Positions 8,252 to 16,079 of a DNA stretch of 16,761 nt are shown one piece after another. Under the pieces are notes generated by a model that did not search any database, was not told where the DNA came from, and saw only the letters and a program-made list of their open reading frames with translations. Position 1 is the stretch's first letter, and every line of letters starts with the position of its first letter. The position numbers and the translations under genes are program-made. Origin of the DNA: Promethearchaeota archaeon Loki_b31 (GTDB lineage: Archaea > Asgardarchaeota > Lokiarchaeia > Sigyniarchaeales > SOKP01); assembly GCA_005222975.1 (NCBI GenBank), contig NJBI01000064.1:1-16761 (forward strand), written 5' to 3'.

Positions 8252-9364
8252 ATGAGAAGAATAAATAGCGTTGACACCGTTAGAGGTCTTTCAATGTTCC
8301 TCATGGTTTTTGGGCATCTAATTTTTTGGTGGATAAGACCGGAAGACGCTTGGCTGAAATTCTGGTTATACGCGTTTCTTCAACCACTCGGCGCAACGGG
8401 ATTTCTTTTCGTTTCAGGAATCAGCGCAGCTTTATCCTTTAGAAATTATCAAGACACCGCAAAAGACTCAAATACGATTAATATGACAACCATAAGAAAC
8501 ATTTACCTCCTTAGAGCTATTTTTATATTAATTATTGCCTTTATTTTTAATTTCTTTAATGCATTGATATGGGGCGGGAGCATTTGGGAATGGAACGCCC
8601 TGCAAACAATTGGATTTTCTCTTTTATTAGCTTGGCCACTCTTGAAAACCTCTAAACTATTCAGAATACTTCTGGGAATCTCTATGATAATAGGTAATCA
8701 GCTAATTTTGAATTTGTTATTGTCCTATAAGGGAGAAGCATCGCTATTTGGCGTCCTCTTTCATATGCTCTTTTTCCCTTTGGATCAATATGTAATTTTG
8801 ATTTATCTAGGTATATTTATAATTGGATCGGCAGTAGGGGAATATATTTACAAAATCAATATTATTGAAGATCAAATCGAAAGGAAATTTCGATTTAAAA
8901 ACAAATTGCTAATTCAAATGTTATTAATTGGAATTTCTTTAGTTGTTTTTGGAGTTTTTTATCAATTTCCTAATTTTCTGATCTTTAACACAATTCCATC
9001 AATTATTTCTGCCATAGGTTTAGTAATAACTATATTATCAGCCCTAATGCTTATCGAAGTTTTGGAAAAAATAAAAACAGCTAAAAGCTACAAATATTTC
9101 TTCTATTATTCTTATTACTCATTTACCGTCTTTTTGCTACACAACCCGCTAATTTTCCTATTTAGAGAACAACTTAACGCTTATTTTACAATTTGGTTGG
9201 CATGTGCAGTGGGAATAATATTATTTGGGGTAATTCTGCGAGCTACTTACAAGAAATTAGGAGAAAAAGCTTCTCTTAAAGCTGTTCTCAGCATTCTCAG
9301 CTTTTTAATTGCAACTCGGCTTATAGAAAATAGTTCTAAAAAAAAACGCTTAAAAAGTTCTTAG
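8252..9364 (+). CDS. Membrane acyltransferase, HGSNAT-like/DUF1624 family
   Basis: N-terminal RINSVDTVRGLSMFLMVFGH, FLFVSGIS and NALQTIG motifs; about 10 TM segments. Confidence 0.8.
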   Translation: MRRINSVDTVRGLSMFLMVFGHLIFWWIRPEDAWLKFWLYAFLQPLGATGFLFVSGISAALSFRNYQDTAKDSNTINMTTIRNIYLLRAIFILIIAFIFNFFNALIWGGSIWEWNALQTIGFSLLLAWPLLKTSKLFRILLGISMIIGNQLILNLLLSYKGEASLFGVLFHMLFFPLDQYVILIYLGIFIIGSAVGEYIYKINIIEDQIERKFRFKNKLLIQMLLIGISLVVFGVFYQFPNFLIFNTIPSIISAIGLVITILSALMLIEVLEKIKTAKSYKYFFYYSYYSFTVFLLHNPLIFLFREQLNAYFTIWLACAVGIILFGVILRATYKKLGEKASLKAVLSILSFLIATRLIENSSKKKRLKSS

Positions 9365-9377
9365 TTCTTTATATACG

Positions 9378-10178
9378 TTAATCAGGGACACTCGCAACAG
9401 CCCTAACCCAACCAGCGCTCGCCCTGGGTATTTTAAGTGGAAAACAGTATATTGTAGCTCCAACCGGAGGTACTTTATCTAAATTCATCATTTTTTCCAT
9501 TTGAAAATAGCCTAATTCTATTCCCGCGAAATGGCCTTCCCAAATAATTGATGTATCAGGCTTTTTCTCTCTTATTGATTTTTTCCATTTTTTTGCCGTT
9601 AGAGTAAATGGAGCGTCCCAAGACCACGCATCTATTCCAACCACATGAACGCCTTGGCGAATAATGTGTAGAGTTGCTTCCTTACCAACTCCAACACCAT
9701 GATTTATGTATTCTTTTGTACCATAGTGCTTGGGAGCATTCGTATGAATGCAGAGAATATCGCCTTCCTTTAAATTATGACTTATATCATCTAATTTTTT
9801 ATCGATATTTTCGGGTGTCATCACATATCCTTCTTCGTAATCCGTACAATCTAGGACAATTAATGGCCCAATACCCCATTCTAATGGAAACTCATCAATT
9901 GTCATAGCCTTTTTTTCTCCAATTTCTTTGTCTTGAACGGGAGCAAAATGCCAAGGAGCGTCCATGTGAGTACCACTATGAGTTCCCAAAGTAATCGATT
10001 CTACAGCCCAACCCTTTCCAACAGGTAAGTGTTCTGGTTTTAATCTTGAAAAAATAAACCCCATTTGCTCCACACCCACATCATGGTCTGAATATTCAAT
10101 GCGGGGCTGTGTTAACGGCGGATCAAATAAAGCCTCTTCTGGATTAATTATTGGAATTGACAAGTCTATAAATTTCAT
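9378..10178 (-). CDS. Cyclase / kynurenine formamidase (KynB-like) family metal-dependent hydrolase
   Basis: Signature HSGTHMDAPWHF, VGIDAWSWD, and terminal PLKI...AGWVRAVA. The ATG at 10178 is preferred over the GTG at 10187, which overlaps an RBS-like GTGA. Confidence 0.9.
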   Translation of the reverse strand: MKFIDLSIPIINPEEALFDPPLTQPRIEYSDHDVGVEQMGFIFSRLKPEHLPVGKGWAVESITLGTHSGTHMDAPWHFAPVQDKEIGEKKAMTIDEFPLEWGIGPLIVLDCTDYEEGYVMTPENIDKKLDDISHNLKEGDILCIHTNAPKHYGTKEYINHGVGVGKEATLHIIRQGVHVVGIDAWSWDAPFTLTAKKWKKSIREKKPDTSIIWEGHFAGIELGYFQMEKMMNLDKVPPVGATIYCFPLKIPRASAGWVRAVASVPD

Positions 10179-10383
10179 TCTTATCACAATACATTTTTTA
10201 GCTTTTATTTTGATTTTATGATTTAAAATTAATTAATTTAGAGTATTTTTAGAACTACTTTTGGTTAAAAGATAAATTATTCTATGAAACCACTTGTCTT
10301 TGAACCTTCAATTAACCACGAAACCACAAGTTCTAAGCCTAACAAGTTTTAATAATAAAAAAAAAAGGATTTCACTTGATTTC

Positions 10384-11271
10384 CTAATTATTTACTTTAT
10401 TAGCGTTTTTAGCAATTGCATCTACAATTTGAGGCCAAGCTTCAGGCGGTAAACTATGGCCCATGCCCTCAATGATTACCAATTCCGCTCCAGGGATAGA
10501 TTCTGCTGTTTCTTTACCACCTTCAACTGGAACTAAAGGATCATCGCCTCCATGAATTACAAGTGTAGGAACTTTTATTGATCCAAGTTTTGGTTTACGG
10601 TTTCCATTAGCTAATATTGCAACTAGTTGTCGCGCCATTCCTTGTGGATAAAAGGAACGGTCGTATAAGGCTGCTGCAAGTTCACGTGCTTTATCTTCAT
10701 GATAGGGAAAGCCGGACCCATAAAGAATACGCCGACGTTTCACTGATTCCTCAATATAAGCTTCGCGCTCTGTGGGCGCAGGTTTTAATAATAATTGCAT
10801 AGCTTCTGGCTTAGGTTGAGGAAGATTTGGATTTCCTGTTGTACTCATTATTGAAGTTAGGCTCAGAACGCGGGTTGGATGGCGGAATGCAATTGTCTGA
10901 ACTATCATTCCTCCCATCGATGCACCGCAAATATGAGCTTTTTCTATGTTAAGGGCATCTAAAAGACCAACTGCATCATCAGACATATCTTCTACAGTAT
11001 AAGGCGGTGATATCGTTTCTCCTCGCTGGAATGCCATAATTTCATTCATAATATTTGGTACACCAGCTTCTTCAAATTTAGTAGATAAACCTACATCTCG
11101 ATTATCGAATCTAATTACATAAAATCCCTTATCTACTAACATCATACATAACTCCTCAAGATAAGCAATCATCTGAGCTCCTAACCCCATTACCAAAAGT
11201 AAAGGTTTTGATGAGGGATCCCCAAATGTATCATACTCTATTTCAATATTGTTAGCTTTCGCTTTAGGCAT
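10384..11271 (-). CDS. Alpha/beta-fold hydrolase (esterase-like)
   Basis: FDNRDVGLS, nucleophile elbow GASMGG, acid in HGGDDPLVP, His in GMGH. Confidence 0.93.
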   Translation of the reverse strand: MPKAKANNIEIEYDTFGDPSSKPLLLVMGLGAQMIAYLEELCMMLVDKGFYVIRFDNRDVGLSTKFEEAGVPNIMNEIMAFQRGETISPPYTVEDMSDDAVGLLDALNIEKAHICGASMGGMIVQTIAFRHPTRVLSLTSIMSTTGNPNLPQPKPEAMQLLLKPAPTEREAYIEESVKRRRILYGSGFPYHEDKARELAAALYDRSFYPQGMARQLVAILANGNRKPKLGSIKVPTLVIHGGDDPLVPVEGGKETAESIPGAELVIIEGMGHSLPPEAWPQIVDAIAKNANKVNN

Positions 11272-11372
11272 TATTAAAAACTTAATTGTATTATTTTTGT
11301 TTCTATTAAATTATTCTTAATAGATCCTTATTGCTTTTATAATTAATTGCCCATTCTGTAGAAATGAAATAA

Positions 11373-11458
11373 CAACTTAAATGGACAATAAACGGAATTG
11401 ATATAGTCGGCTGTGGACTCTCTCAAAATATCAATAAAAAATTAAAGGAAAAATTGAA
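11373..11458 (+). repeat. Intergenic direct repeat, copy 1 (86 bp)
   Basis: CAACTTAAATGGACAATAAACGGAATTGATATAGTCGGCTGTGGACTCTCTCAAAATATCAATAAAAAATTAAAGGAAAAATTGAA. 81/86 identical, ungapped, to 13996-14081, with a perfect 43-bp core at 11391-11433. Confidence 0.95.
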
Positions 11459-11523
11459 TCGCAAAATATCGTTAAAAATTAAAAGAAAAATAGAAAAAAT
11501 AATAAAAAAATTATCGTTTTTGA

Positions 11524-11853
11524 CTAAACTTCAAATGGTTGACCACAGTTAGTGCAAATTTTTAGATTTTTGTCCATGGCAGCATTGCACCTGATGCAGT
11601 ATTTAAACTCCCCAGGAGTAAGTACTGTTTTATCGGGTGGATGTTCCGCTTTATATTTATCTATTTTTTTTTTTTTCTGCATCGCAGGATAAAAGCAAGA
11701 CAAACAACACAGAACAATGATAGTTATAACAGAGAAGATCGTTCCCAATGATGGGAGCCCCATAAGAAAGAATAATCCATAAACTCCAAGAGCTATAGCA
11801 AATATTACAAATAAAACAAGATATTCTTTCAAACTCATACGAGCCATTTTCAT
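11524..11853 (-). CDS. Small 2-TM membrane protein with C-terminal zinc ribbon
   Basis: Two hydrophobic helices, a basic KKKKK stop-transfer segment, then CIRC-x10-CTNC. Confidence 0.85.
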   Translation of the reverse strand: MKMARMSLKEYLVLFVIFAIALGVYGLFFLMGLPSLGTIFSVITIIVLCCLSCFYPAMQKKKKIDKYKAEHPPDKTVLTPGEFKYCIRCNAAMDKNLKICTNCGQPFEV

Positions 11854-12066
11854 TCCCTTATATTTTTTGTATTTTAGAAGTTTTCAGAATAATAATATAT
11901 GAATATTAATCAACATCTTATAAATAGATTATGGAAATCGTACAAAACATAGTGTCTTTATCGATCATTGAATAGAAGTGAGTAGTGCATTTAAATTAGG
12001 CTTATCTAACGCTTCAATTGCTGGTTTCAGACCTTTTACTTGAGGTTTTTCTGTTCTATTTGATTG

Positions 12067-12666
12067 CTAAGATACTGGGGATTTCTTCACAGAAGTAGAT
12101 TTGTTAATTATACTTATGATAGGGCGTATAAGTGCTATTAACGCAATTAGACATACAAACCCAGAAACCATTACTACAAGCTCATCCAGGGGGTATAAAA
12201 AACTAGCTGCAATAAGTTTATAATGTGGATGCGAATCACTATTACTCCAAGTAATATTGTACATTCCTGAATGTAAATTCCAAATTTGCTCTTCGGATTC
12301 AGTACCTATAAACGGACCTTCACCAAGAAAGTACTCAAAGAAGAAACTTTGATTAGACGCTAAGTGAAAAAACGTTATATTTCCCTCCTCATACTCGCCT
12401 ACGGTAACGAATGTATCACTTATATGAATAATATATCTATTTGAAAATAAAGGCTTTGGGGGTACGTTGAAAGTTAATTCTCCACCCCAAGGAGAAGACC
12501 CACTCCATACTCCATCAAATCTCCATATTAGTCTAGATTGAACTGAAAAAAGAAAAATTAACTGCCCAATTGCTACTACTAGAACTACAACAACTATTAT
12601 GATGTTCCTCTTTTTATGAGATACTTTCATTTTTACTCTTTTAATAATATCGTCAACATCGGTCAT
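12067..12666 (-). CDS. Hypothetical membrane protein (TM - beta-rich extracellular domain - TM)
   Basis: Basic N-terminus, hydrophobic IIIVVVVLVVAIGQLIFLF, about 120 aa beta-rich region with N-x-S/T sequons (NIT, NQS, NIT), C-terminal TM and a short basic tail. Confidence 0.8.
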   Translation of the reverse strand: MTDVDDIIKRVKMKVSHKKRNIIIVVVVLVVAIGQLIFLFSVQSRLIWRFDGVWSGSSPWGGELTFNVPPKPLFSNRYIIHISDTFVTVGEYEEGNITFFHLASNQSFFFEYFLGEGPFIGTESEEQIWNLHSGMYNITWSNSDSHPHYKLIAASFLYPLDELVVMVSGFVCLIALIALIRPIISIINKSTSVKKSPVS

Positions 12667-12731
12667 AGCTTTAGCCTAAGTTATTTTTTTTGTAAGTAAT
12701 TGGTCATTTAAAACCAAATAACGGTTTATAA

Positions 12732-13823
12732 TTACTTTCTGTCTTGTTTGAGGGTTTTTATTACTTTTTTATACATTGGTTTAGGTACATACTCAAATTG
12801 TTTTATGTATTCCTTAAACGAAGGAAGAGGTTCTAAAGATTTTAAATTTATCACAGTCCTTCTTAGCAACTCTTCATTTTTTTCATCCAATAAAGCATCT
12901 AAGTTCAGATCTTGTATGTACTTAAATGATTTAGTTTGAGGATCCAGATGGGGTGTCAACACCAATATATGTTTAATTTCTGCTGCTTTAGGGCTAATTG
13001 TAAAAGTGTTCGTGAGATTATTGTATGCTACTGCCGTCCAAGGGAGGTAATACGCTGGTAGTTTACACATAGGTTTCGCACCCTGAAACGCGATTCCATT
13101 ATCGCATAAAAGCAGATGACTGCTCCATCTGTAAATTTTTACCTTATCACCAGTTAAATTACCATGTCGAACTTCTGCAAATGCTTTTGTACTTGCAAGA
13201 ATTTTATCCTTTTTTGGAATAAGATCTCGTATATTAGATGTGTTCAGAGGAAAGATCATTTTAACACCTACTCCGGAACGATTTGCAGCATACTCATTGT
13301 AGCGAGTCTTGATTTCCTCTGGAATCGTAAGGTTTGGATCGTATTTTATTGCTCTTTTGAATAAAACCATAGCATTTTCATAGTTTTTAATAAGGTTAAA
13401 AGTCAGCAACGCTATTTCGTAATAAAGCTCAGGATTTTTATGATGCAATCCTAAACCTCCTTCTTTATCAACAACGGGTGTCAATAAGGCGGCTTGCATG
13501 AAAAAATCAAAAGCTCGGTCGCTTTGACCTAATTTTTTTAATTCTTTTCCACCATCCATCCACGCTTCTATTGAATTTATATCGGAAGGAATATCTTCTC
13601 CAAATGTTTTTAGTTTAATTAAGTTCGCTTTAGAATAAGTTAGACAACTTTCCTCTAATCTTCCTAACTGTGCAAGAGTTATTCCTTTTGCGCCTAAAGT
13701 ATTTGTATCTTCTGGATTAATGGATAATGACTGATCGAATAAATCTAACGCTTTATAGTATTGCATCTTCTTAAGGGCACTTCTACCTTTCCGATAAAGT
13801 TTTAAAGCTTTATTTTCGCTCAT
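12732..13823 (-). CDS. TPR-repeat protein with a probable C-terminal PH-like domain
   Basis: N-terminal TPR-like helical pairs (KALDLFDQSLSINPED..TLGAKGITLAQLG; AMVLFKRAIKYDP). The C-terminal beta region KDKIL...HLLLCDNGIAF...YYLPWTAV resembles bacterial-type PH domains (weaker call). Confidence 0.75.
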   Translation of the reverse strand: MSENKALKLYRKGRSALKKMQYYKALDLFDQSLSINPEDTNTLGAKGITLAQLGRLEESCLTYSKANLIKLKTFGEDIPSDINSIEAWMDGGKELKKLGQSDRAFDFFMQAALLTPVVDKEGGLGLHHKNPELYYEIALLTFNLIKNYENAMVLFKRAIKYDPNLTIPEEIKTRYNEYAANRSGVGVKMIFPLNTSNIRDLIPKKDKILASTKAFAEVRHGNLTGDKVKIYRWSSHLLLCDNGIAFQGAKPMCKLPAYYLPWTAVAYNNLTNTFTISPKAAEIKHILVLTPHLDPQTKSFKYIQDLNLDALLDEKNEELLRRTVINLKSLEPLPSFKEYIKQFEYVPKPMYKKVIKTLKQDRK

Positions 13824-13995
13824 TTATATTATCATCTTTTATTAGTATGAATTTTTTATTGGTATGAATTATTTATATCCCAGAAAATATAAATCTATCA
13901 TTAATTGACTTTCTTATAGATTTCCTATAATAAATCCTTTAACAATAATAATATAAAAAAGGGGGTAAAAATATTAACACCATATTAATAAAAAG

Positions 13996-14081
13996 CAACT
14001 TAAATGGGCAATCAACGGAATTGATATAGTCGGCTGTGGACTCTCTCAAAATATCAGTAAAAAATTAAAAGAAAAATAGAA
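13996..14081 (+). repeat. Intergenic direct repeat, copy 2 (86 bp)
   Basis: CAACTTAAATGGGCAATCAACGGAATTGATATAGTCGGCTGTGGACTCTCTCAAAATATCAGTAAAAAATTAAAAGAAAAATAGAA. Offset 2623 bp from copy 1 and 30 bp past the thermosome stop codon. Confidence 0.95.
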
Positions 14082-14111
14082 AGAAAAAATAAATTTAAAA
14101 TATTGATTATC

Positions 14112-15800
14112 TCACATCATACCTGGAGGAAGGCCGCCCATACCGCCCATTCCGCCCATGCCACCCATTCCTGGAGGAGGCATACCGCCCATACCAGGAC
14201 CACCAGGAGGCATAGCACTTTTTGTTCCAGCGATAACATCATCGATTCGCAAAATCATTGAGGCTGCTTCGGTAGCACTTTTTATTGCTTGTATTTTTAC
14301 TACAGTAGGCTCTACAACGCCTATAGCCATCATATCATCGATTATTTCACCGGTTTCTAAATCGTGAGCGGAAAATTTTTTACCTGCTTGGTGCGCTGCT
14401 CTCAATTTCATTAACACGTCAATTTGGTCTAATCCCGCGTTTTCTGCTAGCGTTTTCGGGACGATATCTAAGGCATCGGCAAAAACTTCGACTGCTAATT
14501 GTTCGCGTCCTCCTAATGTTTGAGCGTATTTTCTTAATTGGATTGCAGCTTCAACTTCTGGAGCTCCACCGCCACCAACAATCTTTTGATCTTCGACAAC
14601 ATCTCTTGTTACACATAGAGCATCGTGAATAGCCCTCTCAACTTCGTCAATAATAAGGTCAGTTCCACCCCGTATTAAAATTACAACGGATTTAGGATCT
14701 TTACATTCTTCAATGAAAATCCAACTATCGTTCATTATTTTGCGTTCTTCAACTAAGCCAGCGAATCCCAAATTGTCTTGAGTTATATCGTTGATGTTAG
14801 TAAAGATCATTCCACCAGTAGCTTTAGAGAGTTTTTCTAAATCAGACTTTTTAACGCGTCTTATGGCTAGAATTCCTGCTTTCGAGAGGAAATGTTGAGC
14901 CATATCATCGATTCCCTTCTGGCAAACTACTACATTTGCTCCTGAATTCATGATTTTGTCAACCATGGTTCTAAGCATGCGTTCTTCTTCGTCAAGGAAT
15001 TGTTGAATTTGTTCTGGGTTCGTTATTTGGAGCTTGGCGTCAAATTCCGTTTTTTCAATTTCTATAGCACTCTGTAACAAAAGTATCTTTGCGTCTTTAG
15101 CGATTTTAGGCATCCCTGGGCTGACAACTTCTTTGTCCAAAATAATACCTTTAATAAGGGAAGTATCGTCAATTGACTCTCCCTCCTTTTTTTGGATTTG
15201 AACTTTGTCGATATCAGCGACCCAATCACCATTTGCGCTTTTTTCTGCTATTGCAATAATTGCCTCGATACAAATTTCGGCTAGCATCTCTTTTGATTCA
15301 GAAACAATTTTAGAAGACATACAAGTCATTGCAGAGTTCTTTAATCCTTCTCTATCATCAATTCCGCTTTTTATTGACATTTCTTCTAAGATTTTAATCG
15401 CTTTCTCAGCAGCTTTTCGGAATCCCTCAGTAATAACTGTTGGGTGAATTTTTTGTTGTATAAGTTTTTCTGCGCGCTTTAATAGTTCACCAGCAAGGAT
15501 CACAGCAGTAGTTGTACCATCACCTACTTCTGAATCCTGAGTTTTAGCAACTTCGACCATCATTTTAGCTGCAGGATGTTGTACGTCAATTTCTTTTAGA
15601 ATTGTGGCGCCGTCGTTCGTTATCACTACATCACCAAACTGGTCTACTAGCATTTTATCCATGCCCCTTGGACCTAGTGATGTTCGCACCGCTTCAGCTA
15701 TAATTTTAGCTGCTGCGATGTTGTTTGACATTGCGTCTTTTCCACGAGTTCTCTCAGTACCTTCCCGCATTATAAAAATAGGTTGTCCGCTTAATCCCAT
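14112..15800 (-). CDS. ths: Thermosome subunit (group II chaperonin)
   Basis: [48 protein letters not shown]-repeat tail. Alpha versus beta cannot be assigned by eye. Confidence 0.97.
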   Translation of the reverse strand: MGLSGQPIFIMREGTERTRGKDAMSNNIAAAKIIAEAVRTSLGPRGMDKMLVDQFGDVVITNDGATILKEIDVQHPAAKMMVEVAKTQDSEVGDGTTTAVILAGELLKRAEKLIQQKIHPTVITEGFRKAAEKAIKILEEMSIKSGIDDREGLKNSAMTCMSSKIVSESKEMLAEICIEAIIAIAEKSANGDWVADIDKVQIQKKEGESIDDTSLIKGIILDKEVVSPGMPKIAKDAKILLLQSAIEIEKTEFDAKLQITNPEQIQQFLDEEERMLRTMVDKIMNSGANVVVCQKGIDDMAQHFLSKAGILAIRRVKKSDLEKLSKATGGMIFTNINDITQDNLGFAGLVEERKIMNDSWIFIEECKDPKSVVILIRGGTDLIIDEVERAIHDALCVTRDVVEDQKIVGGGGAPEVEAAIQLRKYAQTLGGREQLAVEVFADALDIVPKTLAENAGLDQIDVLMKLRAAHQAGKKFSAHDLETGEIIDDMMAIGVVEPTVVKIQAIKSATEAASMILRIDDVIAGTKSAMPPGGPGMGGMPPPGMGGMGGMGGMGGLPPGMM

Positions 15801-16020
15801 ATTTAATTCACACTATATTGATTTTTTTTTTATAATTTTATTTATTTATATATAATGATCTCTAAGTCATAAAATTAAAAAAGTTTACGAAAATATGATA
15901 AAATAATATTTTTTCTAGTTTAAGACAAAAAACAATAATAATTTCATTAGCAAAATTGCAAAATAAAATAACAAATAAAATTTAACTAATTCAATTGGAG
16001 TGTAATCAAACTAGTAAAAG

Positions 16021-16053
16021 AAAAAAAATTCTTTAACACCTAAAATGTGTTAA
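16021..16053 (-). terminator. Putative terminator after the LVIVD gene
   Basis: 7-bp stem TTAACAC (16033-16039)/GTGTTAA (16047-16053) with a 7-nt loop, followed on the minus strand by a T8 tract; about 27 bp after the stop codon. Confidence 0.45.
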
Positions 16054-16079
16054 CGTTAATTTGTTGGATTTTTGATTTA

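Noticed and set aside
11373-14081. The repeat pair as a CRISPR array, integron attC sites or IS ends
   Set aside because: Only two copies 2.6 kb apart, no cas, integrase or transposase gene, no attC core boxes, and the copies are direct rather than inverted.
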